Shown one piece after another: positions 1 to 10,210 of a stretch of DNA of 64,000 nt. The notes beneath the pieces were generated by a model. The model did no database searches, was not told where the DNA came from, and worked only from the letters and a program-made list of their open reading frames with translations. Position 1 is the stretch's first letter. Each line of letters begins with the position of its first letter. Position numbers and translations under genes: made by a program. Source of the stretch: Escherichia phage Lindwurm; sequence record NC_134264.1. One strand, 5' to 3'.

Positions 1-1317
1 ATGGAAGTATCAAGACCTTACGTTAACACAGTTGATGTTATTGATTTCGGAATAGATAAACGTTTCTTTCGTCTACCTGTTTCGGGAATACTAGCACAAG
101 AAGGTATTACACCTAATGGTCCTCAAATAGCGATTATCAATGCGCTAGAAGACCCTAGACATCGTTTTGTAACGGCGTGTGTATCACGCCGTGTGGGTAA
201 ATCCTTCATCGCATATACTCTTGGGTTCCTAAAATTGCTGGAACCCAATGTGAAGGTACTAGTAGTTGCTCCTAACTACTCACTGGCCAACATCGGATGG
301 TCTCAGATTCGTGGTCTTATTAAAAAATATGGCCTACAAACCGAACGTGAGAATGCTAAAGATAAAGAGATTGAGTTAGCTAATGGTTCTCTGTTTAAAC
401 TAGCTTCTGCGGCGCAGGCTGACTCCGCAGTTGGACGTTCATATGACTTTATCATCTTCGATGAGGCGGCAATTTCCGACGTTGGTGGTGATGCCTTTAG
501 AGTTCAGTTGCGTCCTACTCTAGATAAGCCTAATTCTAAGGCTCTATTTATCTCTACTCCTCGTGGGGGTAACTGGTTTAAAGAGTTTTATGCCTATGGA
601 TTTGATGATACATTACCTAACTGGGTATCTATTCATGGTACATATCGTGATAACCCACGTGCTGATCTGAATGACATCGAAGAAGCACGTCGTACAGTTA
701 GTAAAAACTACTTCCGCCAGGAATACGAGGCTGACTTCTCCGTATTCGAAGGTCAGATCTTCGATACCTTTAATGCTATTGATCATGTTAAAGATCTTAA
801 AGGTATGCGTCACTTCTTTAAAGATGATGAAGCATTCGAAACGTTGCTTGGTATTGACGTTGGTTATCGTGATCCTACAGCAGTTCTTACTATTAAGTAC
901 CACTATGATACAGATACCTACTATGTATTAGAAGAGTACCAGCAGGCAGAGAAAACTACAGCGCAACATGCTGCGTATATTCAGCACTGTATAGATCGTT
1001 ATAAAGTTGATCGTATTTTTGTTGACTCTGCAGCAGCTCAGTTCCGTCAGGACTTAGCTTATGAACATGAAATTGCATCAGCTCCAGCTAAAAAATCTGT
1101 CCTAGATGGTCTAGCATGTTTACAGGCACTATTCCAACAGGGAAAGATTATTGTAGACGCTTCATGCTCTTCATTAATCCATGCATTGCAGAACTACAAG
1201 TGGGATTTCCAAGAAGGTGAAGAGAAATTATCACGTGAAAAACCACGTCATGATGCTAACTCTCACCTCTGTGATGCGCTGCGCTATGGAATTTACTCTA
1301 TTTCCCGTGGTAAATAA
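1..1317 (+). CDS. terL: terminase large subunit (438 aa)
   Basis: Walker B-like DFIIFDEAA, C-terminal nuclease-like region, position before portal; length matches T5-type TerL as I recall it. Confidence 0.9.
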   Translation: MEVSRPYVNTVDVIDFGIDKRFFRLPVSGILAQEGITPNGPQIAIINALEDPRHRFVTACVSRRVGKSFIAYTLGFLKLLEPNVKVLVVAPNYSLANIGWSQIRGLIKKYGLQTERENAKDKEIELANGSLFKLASAAQADSAVGRSYDFIIFDEAAISDVGGDAFRVQLRPTLDKPNSKALFISTPRGGNWFKEFYAYGFDDTLPNWVSIHGTYRDNPRADLNDIEEARRTVSKNYFRQEYEADFSVFEGQIFDTFNAIDHVKDLKGMRHFFKDDEAFETLLGIDVGYRDPTAVLTIKYHYDTDTYYVLEEYQQAEKTTAQHAAYIQHCIDRYKVDRIFVDSAAAQFRQDLAYEHEIASAPAKKSVLDGLACLQALFQQGKIIVDASCSSLIHALQNYKWDFQEGEEKLSREKPRHDANSHLCDALRYGIYSISRGK

Positions 1318-1431
1318 ATAAGTATAGGATGGGATACTACTCAGTTGGTATCCCATTCCTGCATTTTAAAATCCCCTTTACAAATTCGATACGATTATGT
1401 ATACTATATTCATACAGTTGAGGAGAACACT

Positions 1432-1869
1432 ATGGCAAGCAATATAAAATATAAACGCGATGCTATATCCCTTATGAGAGACGGAATAAAAAGTCAATAT
1501 AAAAAAGACTCTCAATGTGCTATCTGCGGTTGTGCTGAAGAATTAGAGCTTCATCATTACCATACGGTGTCTCTACTAGTTAAAAAATTTGCTAAAGAAC
1601 TCCAACTGGATTTCACTGACGAAGAAATAGTCCTTTCAAATAGGACGGCATTCTATGATCGATATAGGCATGAGCTAGTAGAAGACACTGTTACCCTTTG
1701 TGTACACCATCACCAATTATTACATAAGGTTTACACAAAAGAACCTCCTTTATTTTCTGCTAATAAGCAAAAAGTGTGGGTTCAAAAGCAGAAAGACAAA
1801 TTACAGAATCCTCAAGAAAAGACACAAGTCAAGACTGAAACAAAATCAGGATTCGCAAGGTTCTTATAA
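1432..1869 (+). CDS. small HNH endonuclease (terminase-associated)
   Basis: CxxC...HH...CxxHH motif (CAICGC, LELHHYH, CVHHHQLLH); start moved to ATG 1432 preceded by AGGAG; lies between terminase and portal. Confidence 0.7.
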   Translation: MASNIKYKRDAISLMRDGIKSQYKKDSQCAICGCAEELELHHYHTVSLLVKKFAKELQLDFTDEEIVLSNRTAFYDRYRHELVEDTVTLCVHHHQLLHKVYTKEPPLFSANKQKVWVQKQKDKLQNPQEKTQVKTETKSGFARFL

Positions 1870-3086
1870 TGGGTTTTAAAAGCTGGATTACTGAAAAGCT
1901 AAATCCGGGTCAACGTATTATAAGAGACATGGAACCAGTTAGTCATCGCACTAACCGTAAGCCTTTTACCACTGGACAAGCCTACAGTAAAATTGAGATT
2001 CTCAATAGAACTGCTAATATGGTTATAGATAGTGCGGCAGAGTGTTCTTATACTGTCGGAGATAAATATAATATTGTCACGTATGCCAATGGCATCAAGG
2101 CAAAGACTCTAGACACTCTCTTAAATGTACGACCTAATCCATTCATGGATATAAGCACATTCCGTAGACTTGTAGTCACTGACCTACTTTTTGAAGGTTG
2201 TGCATACATCTATTGGGATGGCACAGCACTTTATCATGTCCCTGCTGCACTAATGCAAGTAGAGGCAGATGCCAATAAGTTTATCAAAAAATTTATATTT
2301 AATAATCAGATAGACTATCGCGTAGATGAGATTATCTTTATAAAGGATAACAGTTACGTGTGTGGCACAAATTCTCAAATTTCTGGACAATCTCGTGTTG
2401 CTACTGTTATTGACTCTCTTGAGAAGCGTTCTAAGATGCTTAACTTTAAAGAGAAGTTCCTCGATAACGGAACCGTGATTGGTCTTATTCTTGAGACGGA
2501 TGAAATCCTGAACAAGAAATTGCGTGAGCGTAAACAAGAAGAATTACAACTAGATTATAATCCTAGTACTGGTCAGTCCTCTGTCCTGATTCTAGATGGT
2601 GGTATGAAAGCTAAACCGTACTCCCAAATATCCTCTTTTAAAGATCTAGACTTTAAGGAAGACATTGAAGGATTTAATAAATCTATCTGTCTAGCCTTTG
2701 GTGTTCCGCAAGTGTTACTTGATGGCGGTAATAATGCGAACATTCGACCAAACATCGAACTGTTCTACTACATGACTATCATTCCTATGCTGAACAAACT
2801 GACTAGTTCTCTTACTTTCTTTTTTGGTTATAAGATTACTCCTAATACTAAGGAAGTAGCTGCATTAACACCAGATAAAGAAGCTGAGGCTAAACATTTA
2901 ACCTCATTGGTTAATAATGGTATTATGACTGGTAACGAGGCTCGTTTAGAGCTGAACCTTGAACCTTTAGATGATGAGCAGATGGATAAGATTCGTATTC
3001 CTGCTAACGTTGCTGGTTCTGCAACAGGTGTATCTGGTCAAGAAGGTGGCAGACCTCAAGGTTCCACCGAGGGAGATAAAGAATGA
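1869..3086 (+). CDS. portal protein (405 aa, T5 pb7-like)
   Basis: Size and position after terminase; start overlaps upstream stop (TAATG). Confidence 0.8.
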   Translation: MGFKSWITEKLNPGQRIIRDMEPVSHRTNRKPFTTGQAYSKIEILNRTANMVIDSAAECSYTVGDKYNIVTYANGIKAKTLDTLLNVRPNPFMDISTFRRLVVTDLLFEGCAYIYWDGTALYHVPAALMQVEADANKFIKKFIFNNQIDYRVDEIIFIKDNSYVCGTNSQISGQSRVATVIDSLEKRSKMLNFKEKFLDNGTVIGLILETDEILNKKLRERKQEELQLDYNPSTGQSSVLILDGGMKAKPYSQISSFKDLDFKEDIEGFNKSICLAFGVPQVLLDGGNNANIRPNIELFYYMTIIPMLNKLTSSLTFFFGYKITPNTKEVAALTPDKEAEAKHLTSLVNNGIMTGNEARLELNLEPLDDEQMDKIRIPANVAGSATGVSGQEGGRPQGSTEGDKE

Positions 3087-3565
3087 TTGATTATAATGGT
3101 CTAAAGACCATTTTTGGTGAAAAACTACCAGAATCTCATATCTTCTTTGCTACGGTTGCTGCGCATAAATATGTTCCTAGCTATGCTTTTCTGCGTAGAG
3201 AATTAGGACTTTCATCTGCGCATACTAACCGTAAAGTATGGAAGAAATTTGTAGATGCATATGGTAAAGCAGTTCCTCCTGCTCCACCATTAACTCTTTC
3301 TAAAGATTTAACTGCTAGCATGTCCGTTGAAGAGGGAGCAGCATTAACACTTTCTGTTACTGCAGCTGGTGGTACTGGTCCATATACTTATGCATGGACT
3401 AAAGATGGCTCTCCGATTCCGGATGCTTCAGGAGCTACCTATACTAAGCCTGCAGCAACTACTGATGATTCTGGAGTCTATAAAGTAACGGTTACAGATA
3501 GCAAGAAAGTTAGTAAACCTTCTACTGCATGTACAGTAACGGTTAATCCAGGTGTTGGAGGCTAA
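3083..3565 (+). CDS. capsid decoration protein with Ig-like domain (T5 pb10-like)
   Basis: Ig-like segment TAAGGTGPYTYAWTKDGSPI...GVYKVTVTD; position between portal and protease. Confidence 0.7.
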   Translation: MIDYNGLKTIFGEKLPESHIFFATVAAHKYVPSYAFLRRELGLSSAHTNRKVWKKFVDAYGKAVPPAPPLTLSKDLTASMSVEEGAALTLSVTAAGGTGPYTYAWTKDGSPIPDASGATYTKPAATTDDSGVYKVTVTDSKKVSKPSTACTVTVNPGVGG

Positions 3566-3568
3566 TAA

Positions 3569-4201
3569 ATGACACAAGCTGCTATTGACTATAACAAGTT
3601 AAAATCAGCACCGGTTCATTTAGATGCTTATATTAAATCTATTGATAGCGAATCTAAAGAAGGTGTTGTAAAAATCCGTGGATTCGCTAATACAATTAGT
3701 AAAGATCGCGCTGGTGATGTAATTCCTGCTTCGGCATGGAAAACATCTAATGCACTTGCTAACTACATGAAAAACCCGATTATTCTTTTCGGACACGACC
3801 ATCGTCGTCCAATCGGCAAGTGTATTGATCTTAACCCTACTGAAATGGGTCTCGAAATCGAATGCGAGATCTATGAAAGTTCTGATCCGGCTATCTTTTC
3901 ACTAATTAAAAACGGTGTACTGAAAACTTTTAGTATCGGATTCCGCTGCCTAGATGCAGAGTGGGATGAAGCTACTGATATATTTATTATTAAAGATTTA
4001 GAACTATACGAAGTTTCGGTAGTTTCTGTACCTTGTAATCAGGACTCAACATTCAATCTCGCTAAGAGTATGAATGGGCATGATTACACTGAATGGCGCA
4101 AATCTTTTACTGCAATAAGTTCTAAAGCTGTCCCAGCTCAAGAACGTAATCTTTCTGAACTAGAAAAACTTGCGATAGCTTTAGGCTACGTTAAAGAATA
4201 A
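3569..4201 (+). CDS. prohead maturation protease (210 aa, T5 pb11-like)
   Basis: Position directly upstream of major capsid gene; length as recalled for T5 pb11. Confidence 0.75.
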   Translation: MTQAAIDYNKLKSAPVHLDAYIKSIDSESKEGVVKIRGFANTISKDRAGDVIPASAWKTSNALANYMKNPIILFGHDHRRPIGKCIDLNPTEMGLEIECEIYESSDPAIFSLIKNGVLKTFSIGFRCLDAEWDEATDIFIIKDLELYEVSVVSVPCNQDSTFNLAKSMNGHDYTEWRKSFTAISSKAVPAQERNLSELEKLAIALGYVKE

Positions 4202-4218
4202 CGGAGAATTATTTAAAA

Positions 4219-5595
4219 ATGACTATTGATATTAATAAGCTGAAAGAAGAACTTGGTCTGGGTGATCTGGCTAAATCTCTGGAAGGTCTGACCGCTGCTC
4301 AGAAAGCTGCTGAAGCTGAACGTATGCGTAAAGAGCAGGAAGAAAAAGAACTGGCTCGTATGAATGATCTGGTTTCTAAAGCAGTTGGCGAAGATCGTCA
4401 GAAGCTAGAAGAAGCTCTGGAACTGGTTAAATCCCTGGATGAGAAATCTAAGAAGAGCGCAGAACTATTTGCACAGACTGTAGAAAAACAGCAGGAAACT
4501 ATTGTTGGTCTTCAGGATGAAATTAAATCTCTGCTAGCAGCTCGTGAAGGCCGTTCCTTCGTTGGTGATAGTGTAGCTAAAGCACTGTATGGTACTCAGG
4601 AAGCTTTTGAAGATGAAGTTGAAAAACTGGTTCTTCTGTCTTATATGATGGAGAAGGATGTATTTGAAACTGAACATGGTAAAGCCCACGTTAAGGCTGT
4701 TAATGGTTCTTCTTCCGTTTCTATGTCTAGCGAAGCATATGAAACTATCTTCTCCACTCGTATTATCCGTGACCTGCAGAAAGAATTAGTAGTTGGCGCA
4801 CTGTTCGATGAACTGCCAATGTCCAGTAAAATTCTTACTATGCTCGTTGAACCAGAAGCTGGAAAAGCTACTTGGGTGGATGCTTCCAAATTCGGTACTG
4901 ACGAAACTGTTGGTGACGAAGTTAAAGGTACTCTGACTGAAATCAGCTTCAAAACTTACAAGCTGGCTGCTAAGTCCTTCATCACTGATGAAACTGAAGA
5001 AGATGCAATCTTCTCCCTGCTGCCTCTGCTGCGTAAGCGTCTGATCGAAGCACATGCCGTTTCTATCGAAGAAGCGTTTATGACTGGTAATGGTACTGGT
5101 CAGCCGAAAGGTCTGTTGACTCTGGCTAGTGAAGATAGTGCTAAAGTTACCACCGAAGCTAAAGCTGATGGTTCTGTACTAGTAACTGCTAAAACCATTT
5201 CTAAACTGCGTCGTAAACTGGGCCGTCATGGTCTAAAACTGAGCAAACTGGTACTGATCGTATCTATGGATGCTTATTACGATCTGCTGGAAGATGAAGA
5301 ATGGCAGGATGTTGCACAGGTTGGTAACGATGCTGTTAAACTGCAAGGTCAGGTTGGTCGTATTTATGGTCTGCCAGTTGTAGTTTCTGAGTACTTCCCA
5401 GCTAAAGCAGCAGATAAAGAATTCGCAGTTATTGTTTATAAAGATAACTTCGTAATGCCGCGTCAGCGTGCTGTTACTGTTGAACGTGAGCGCCAAGCTG
5501 GTAAACAGCGTGACGCGTACTACGTTACTCAGCGTGTTAACCTGCAACGTTACTTTGCAAATGGTGTTGTATCCGGTGCTTACGCTACCGCTTAA
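4219..5595 (+). CDS. major capsid protein (458 aa, T5 pb8-like)
   Basis: Length, N-terminal coiled-coil delta/scaffold-like segment rich in E/K, followed by strong terminator. Confidence 0.9.
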   Translation: MTIDINKLKEELGLGDLAKSLEGLTAAQKAAEAERMRKEQEEKELARMNDLVSKAVGEDRQKLEEALELVKSLDEKSKKSAELFAQTVEKQQETIVGLQDEIKSLLAAREGRSFVGDSVAKALYGTQEAFEDEVEKLVLLSYMMEKDVFETEHGKAHVKAVNGSSSVSMSSEAYETIFSTRIIRDLQKELVVGALFDELPMSSKILTMLVEPEAGKATWVDASKFGTDETVGDEVKGTLTEISFKTYKLAAKSFITDETEEDAIFSLLPLLRKRLIEAHAVSIEEAFMTGNGTGQPKGLLTLASEDSAKVTTEAKADGSVLVTAKTISKLRRKLGRHGLKLSKLVLIVSMDAYYDLLEDEEWQDVAQVGNDAVKLQGQVGRIYGLPVVVSEYFPAKAADKEFAVIVYKDNFVMPRQRAVTVERERQAGKQRDAYYVTQRVNLQRYFANGVVSGAYATA

Positions 5596-5615
5596 TACAG
5601 GCTTTTCAGCCGATA

Positions 5616-5640
5616 AGGAGAGCTTCGGCTCTCCTTTTTT
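5616..5640 (+). terminator. rho-independent terminator after major capsid gene (UUCG-loop hairpin + T6)
   Basis: AGGAGAGC-TTCG-GCTCTCCT followed by TTTTTT. Confidence 0.8.
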
Positions 5641-5654
5641 ATTGGGAAAAATAA
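5635..5654 (+). promoter_or_regulatory. conserved post-terminator motif copy 1 (TTTTTTATTGGGAAAAATAA), abuts ATG 5655
   Basis: Identical 16-mer TATTGGGAAAAATAAA also at 10645..10660; related copy at 14375..14392. Confidence 0.5.
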
Positions 5655-6167
5655 ATGCAAATCATCACAGCCGAAGATTATAGATTATATGGCGGTTTAA
5701 AACGACCTGAATTAGAATCTGGTGTAGAAATGATGATTACTGCTGCCAATGCGCTGATTACGAGCCTTCTAGGCATGGATGATGCTGATGTGGTAGACCA
5801 GTTAATCAATACAAAACCTACACGTAGGAAATATTTTCTGAGCTCACCATCTGCTACCTCCGTAACTAAAGTGACGATTAACGATAATGAGATTGACCCA
5901 GAGCAGTATAAGCTATACTCTGATGGTATTATCCTTCTCAAATTTAATCCTCCAGAAGGTTATATGGATGTAGCATATACACAAGGTGGATTCAATCCAA
6001 TGCCCGAAGATCTTAAGCTAGCAGCATGTATGCTAGTAGATCATTGGCATAAACAAGATTACCGCCAAGCTAAAACAATTGGTGGTGAAACAGTAACCTT
6101 CAATAATACTAAATCTGGTATTCCAGAGCATATTCGTACTATTATTGAAGTATATAGGAGAGTATAA
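5655..6167 (+). CDS. head completion / head-tail adaptor protein (putative)
   Basis: Position after capsid gene; 170 aa; function inferred from synteny only. Confidence 0.45.
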   Translation: MQIITAEDYRLYGGLKRPELESGVEMMITAANALITSLLGMDDADVVDQLINTKPTRRKYFLSSPSATSVTKVTINDNEIDPEQYKLYSDGIILLKFNPPEGYMDVAYTQGGFNPMPEDLKLAACMLVDHWHKQDYRQAKTIGGETVTFNNTKSGIPEHIRTIIEVYRRV

Positions 6168-6934
6168 TGTCTCTTTCCGATCTAGCTAAACAAATTATTA
6201 AAGAGCAGCTAGATACTGCAGGACGATCTGAAAATAATAAGAATACTGTTGTGTACTCTGTTGAAACAGGGCTAAAAGATCCTACCAGAGATGGTACTGT
6301 TGCTCAAGTATCTTTTAAGTTTTCAAAACCTGTATCCCAAGATCTTCTTGATGTTAGAACAGCCTCTATACTAAAAGCTGTATCCTCTAGTTTAGATCTT
6401 TCGGGGGATTTAGGTGCTCTAGAAAACCTAATACAAGCAACTGCTGGTAAAAAATCCTCAGTAGGTAAAAAACGTTCTACAGGCAGAGTACAGGTAAACT
6501 TTGGAGATCCTAAAGACGTAGAGGATGGATACTCAGGTGCAATAACAGGTGCTTCCGGACGTTTCGTGTCTAATAGCAATATGAAGGTTATATTAGAGAT
6601 AGTTGCTAAAGAATACTTAATAAAGGATATGAAAAAGACAGGAGCGCCATTAAAATTTAGAACCGGTCGCTTTGCAAATTCTCTAAAAATTAAGGATGTT
6701 ATGCTTAGAGACGCAGAGACTAGTAAAGGTTCTCCTGAATTGAACGTAACATATAATTATATGACTCGTCCATATTCTGTGTTCAATCCCGCAGTATCTA
6801 CATATAGAAGATTATCTCTACGACCTTATCCTGGCGCTAGAAACCCTCAAAAACTTATTGGTGAGGCTATAGCAAAAGCTGCAAGAGACCTGATTCACTC
6901 CAGATATAAAATTAAGGTTAATCAAGGAACCTAA
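6167..6934 (+). CDS. neck/tail completion protein (putative)
   Basis: Synteny between head and tail tube genes; ATGA start/stop overlap with upstream gene. Confidence 0.4.
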   Translation: MSLSDLAKQIIKEQLDTAGRSENNKNTVVYSVETGLKDPTRDGTVAQVSFKFSKPVSQDLLDVRTASILKAVSSSLDLSGDLGALENLIQATAGKKSSVGKKRSTGRVQVNFGDPKDVEDGYSGAITGASGRFVSNSNMKVILEIVAKEYLIKDMKKTGAPLKFRTGRFANSLKIKDVMLRDAETSKGSPELNVTYNYMTRPYSVFNPAVSTYRRLSLRPYPGARNPQKLIGEAIAKAARDLIHSRYKIKVNQGT

Positions 6935-6937
6935 TAA

Positions 6938-7423
6938 ATGGACCATAGAACAAGTATTGCACAAGCTATGGTTGACCGAATCTCTAAACAAATGGATGGT
7001 TCTCAACCTGACGAATATTTTAATAACCTATACGGAAACGTTTCTCGTCAAACTTATAAATTTGAGGAAATACGAGAGTTTCCGTATGTGGCAGTTCATA
7101 TCGGAACTGAAACTGGGCAGTATCTTCCTTCGGGCCAACAGTGGATGTTTTTAGAACTTCCAATCCTGGTGTACGATAAAGAGAAAACAGACATTCAAGA
7201 GCAACTTGAAAAACTCGTAGCGGATATAAAAACCGTTATTGACACAGGTGGAAATTTAGAATATACTGTTAGTAAACCTAATGGATCGACCTTCCCATGT
7301 GAGGCAACTGATATGATCATTACATCAGTTAGTACAGATGAGGGTCTACTGGCCCCATATGGTTTAGCAGAAATAAATGTAACAGTGAGGTATCAGCCTC
7401 CACGTAGGTCACTTCGCAGATAA
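6938..7423 (+). CDS. tail completion/terminator protein (putative)
   Basis: 161 aa ORF immediately upstream of tail tube gene. Confidence 0.4.
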   Translation: MDHRTSIAQAMVDRISKQMDGSQPDEYFNNLYGNVSRQTYKFEEIREFPYVAVHIGTETGQYLPSGQQWMFLELPILVYDKEKTDIQEQLEKLVADIKTVIDTGGNLEYTVSKPNGSTFPCEATDMIITSVSTDEGLLAPYGLAEINVTVRYQPPRRSLRR

Positions 7424-7449
7424 GTTACAGATTAGGAGAAAATAATTAA

Positions 7450-8844
7450 ATGTCTTTACAACTATTACGTAATACTCGAATCTTCGTGTCTACGGTTAAG
7501 ACCGGTCATAATAAGACCAACACGCAAGAGATTCTAGTTCAGGATGATATTTCTTGGGGTCAGGACAGTAACTCAACAGATATTACTGTTAATGAAGCTG
7601 GTCCGCGTCCAATTCGTGGTTCTAAACGTTTTAATGACTCTTTAAACGCGGCTGAGTGGAGTTTCTCTACTTACATCCTGCCCTACATCAATAAAGAGGA
7701 TCAGAAGCAAATCGTTCCTGACTATATGTTATGGCATGCACTTTCTAGTGGTAAAGCTATTAACTTAGAAGGTAATACAGGGGCACACAATAATGAAGCT
7801 AACTTTATGGTTAACTTCAAAGATAACTCTTATCACGAGTTAGCAATGTTACATATTTATATTCTGACTGATAAAGCATGGAGTTATATCGATTCCTGTC
7901 AGATTAATCAGGCAGAAGTTAACGTTGATATCGAAGATATTGGCCGTGTAACTTGGTCTGGTAATGGTAACCAGCTTATTCCTCTGGATGAGCAACCATT
8001 TGACCCAGATGTAGTAGGTATTGATGATGAAACTTATATGACTATCCAGAGTTCTTATATTAAGAACAAACTTACTATCCTAAAAATTAAGGATATGGAT
8101 TCTGGTAAAGCATATGATATTCCTATTACTGGTGGTACTTTCACTATTAATAACAACATCACGTACCTAACCCCGAATATTATGTCTCGTGTTAATATTC
8201 CAATTGGTTCCTTTACTGGTGCTTTTGAATTAACTGGTTCATTAACTGCTTATCTGAATGATAAATCTCTTGGTTCTATGGAGCTATACAAAGATCTTAT
8301 CAAAACTCTGAAGGTAGTTAACCGCTTCGAAATTGCTCTAGTACTTGGTGGTGAATACGATGAAGAACGTCCTGCGGCTATTCTGGTAGCTAAACAAGCA
8401 CACGTTAATATTCCTACTATTGAAACTGATGATGTACTTGGTACTTCAGTAGAGTTTAAAGCTATTCCATCTGATCTGGATGCTGGTGATGAAGGTTACT
8501 TAGGCTTCTCTAGTAAATATACCAAAACAACTATTAATAACTTGATTGTTAATGGTGATGGTGCTACTAATGCTGTAACCGCAATTACTGTTAAATCTGC
8601 TGGTGATGCTACTACAGTAAACAACTCGGCTACTCTTCAAATGAGTGTTGAAGTTACTCCCTCTTCCGCAAAGAATAAGGAAGTTACTTGGGCTATCACT
8701 GCCGGTGATGCAGCTACTATCAGTGCAACCGGACTGTTAACAGCAGATGCTATTAAAACTGGTGCAGTTACTGTAGAAGCTACTGCTAAAGATGGTTCTG
8801 GAGTTAAAGGTACTAAACAGATTACTGTAACAGCAGGTGGTTAA
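7450..8844 (+). CDS. major tail tube protein with C-terminal Ig-like (Big_2-type) domain (464 aa, T5 pb6-like)
   Basis: Length; C-terminal TAITVKSAGDATTV...VTWAITAGDAATISATGLLTA...ITVTA Ig-like repeat. Confidence 0.85.
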   Translation: MSLQLLRNTRIFVSTVKTGHNKTNTQEILVQDDISWGQDSNSTDITVNEAGPRPIRGSKRFNDSLNAAEWSFSTYILPYINKEDQKQIVPDYMLWHALSSGKAINLEGNTGAHNNEANFMVNFKDNSYHELAMLHIYILTDKAWSYIDSCQINQAEVNVDIEDIGRVTWSGNGNQLIPLDEQPFDPDVVGIDDETYMTIQSSYIKNKLTILKIKDMDSGKAYDIPITGGTFTINNNITYLTPNIMSRVNIPIGSFTGAFELTGSLTAYLNDKSLGSMELYKDLIKTLKVVNRFEIALVLGGEYDEERPAAILVAKQAHVNIPTIETDDVLGTSVEFKAIPSDLDAGDEGYLGFSSKYTKTTINNLIVNGDGATNAVTAITVKSAGDATTVNNSATLQMSVEVTPSSAKNKEVTWAITAGDAATISATGLLTADAIKTGAVTVEATAKDGSGVKGTKQITVTAGG

Positions 8845-8848
8845 TTAA

Positions 8849-9748
8849 ATGTACTACTCTCTAATGAGAGAGTCAAAAGTTATAGTTGAGTATGATGGTA
8901 GGGTATTTCATTTTGATGCCCTATCAAACTATGATATACAGACTTCCTACGAGGAATTCAAGACTCTTCGTAGGACTGTTCATCGTAGAACTAACTATGC
9001 AGACTCTATTATAAATGCTCAAACTCCCTCTTCTATCTCTCTAGCAGTAAATTTCAGCAATACTCTTACGGAGGCTAACTTCTTTGAATGGTTAGGTTTT
9101 GATAGAAAAGGTAATACTTTCTTACTCCCACTATATAGCAATAATATTGAACCTATTATGTTCAATATCTATATAGTAAACAAAGATAATAACTGTGTAT
9201 ATTTTGAAAACTGCTATGTATCTACAGTAGATTTTTCTTTAGATAAGAATATACCAATTCTTAATGTTGGTATTGAGTCTGGGAAATTCTCAGAAGTATC
9301 TACATATAGAGAAGCAGCTTCTATTATACAGGGTGAAGTAATGTCTTACAGCCCAGTAATAGCTTCTACTAATGGTAGCATCTTACCCGGTCTTATTTCT
9401 GCCTCTTTATCTTTCCAACAGCAGTGCTCCTGGAGAGAGGATAAGAGTGTTTTTGATATAAATAAAATTTATAATAATAAAAGAGCCTATGTAACTGAAA
9501 TGAATGCTTCGGCAACCATTTCTCTGTACTACTTAAAACGTTTTGCAGGAGATATGGTTTATAATATAGAACCGGAGACAGATGTACCTTTAACGATAAG
9601 AAATAATAATATTTCTATAGATTTTCCTTCAGCACGTATTACAAAACGCCTAGAGTTCTCAGATGTGTATAGAGTTGAGTGGGATATTATACCTACTGCT
9701 TCTTCAGACCCAGTGAGAATAGATTTCTTTGGAGAAATTAAAAAATGA
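8849..9748 (+). CDS. tail protein (T5 p140-like, putative collar/tube-associated)
   Basis: 299 aa ORF between tail tube and chaperone genes; call by synteny. Confidence 0.45.
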   Translation: MYYSLMRESKVIVEYDGRVFHFDALSNYDIQTSYEEFKTLRRTVHRRTNYADSIINAQTPSSISLAVNFSNTLTEANFFEWLGFDRKGNTFLLPLYSNNIEPIMFNIYIVNKDNNCVYFENCYVSTVDFSLDKNIPILNVGIESGKFSEVSTYREAASIIQGEVMSYSPVIASTNGSILPGLISASLSFQQQCSWREDKSVFDINKIYNNKRAYVTEMNASATISLYYLKRFAGDMVYNIEPETDVPLTIRNNNISIDFPSARITKRLEFSDVYRVEWDIIPTASSDPVRIDFFGEIKK

Positions 9749-10149
9749 TTAATTTAAAAGATATTACTCTTGATACTCGTACTATTACCCTTTCCTACCC
9801 AGGTATGCCGAACTTTAAACTAGAACTTAACTATATGTCTCGTGCTACCTCTAAACGTGTTATTTCTTCTGCTAAACGCGATGAATGGGTTAACGGTACT
9901 TTGGTTCAGGTACAGGATGATGATAAGTTCATTGAAGCCTTCGTTGATGCTGCGATTAAAGGTTGGACTGGTTTGACTGTAGGTGACGTTGAAAAACTGA
10001 TGCTGATTGAAACAGATGCTGATCCTGAGACTGAAGTTCCTTTTAGTCGCGATAATGCTGTAATGCTTATGCAGAACTCTGCTGCGTTTGATTCTTGGAT
10101 CAACCAGACAGTGTTCCACTTAGACACTTTTCGTAGCTCAAAAGCGTAA
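9745..10149 (+). CDS. tail assembly chaperone (upstream ORF)
   Basis: Small acidic ORF directly upstream of tape measure; +1-frame ORF overlaps its 3' end. Confidence 0.55.
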   Translation: MINLKDITLDTRTITLSYPGMPNFKLELNYMSRATSKRVISSAKRDEWVNGTLVQVQDDDKFIEAFVDAAIKGWTGLTVGDVEKLMLIETDADPETEVPFSRDNAVMLMQNSAAFDSWINQTVFHLDTFRSSKA

Positions 10150-10210
10150 AGAACTTCTAGATGCTGTTGCTGATTTTGCAGATAAATGTATTAAAAGCTC
10201 AGCATCTAAA

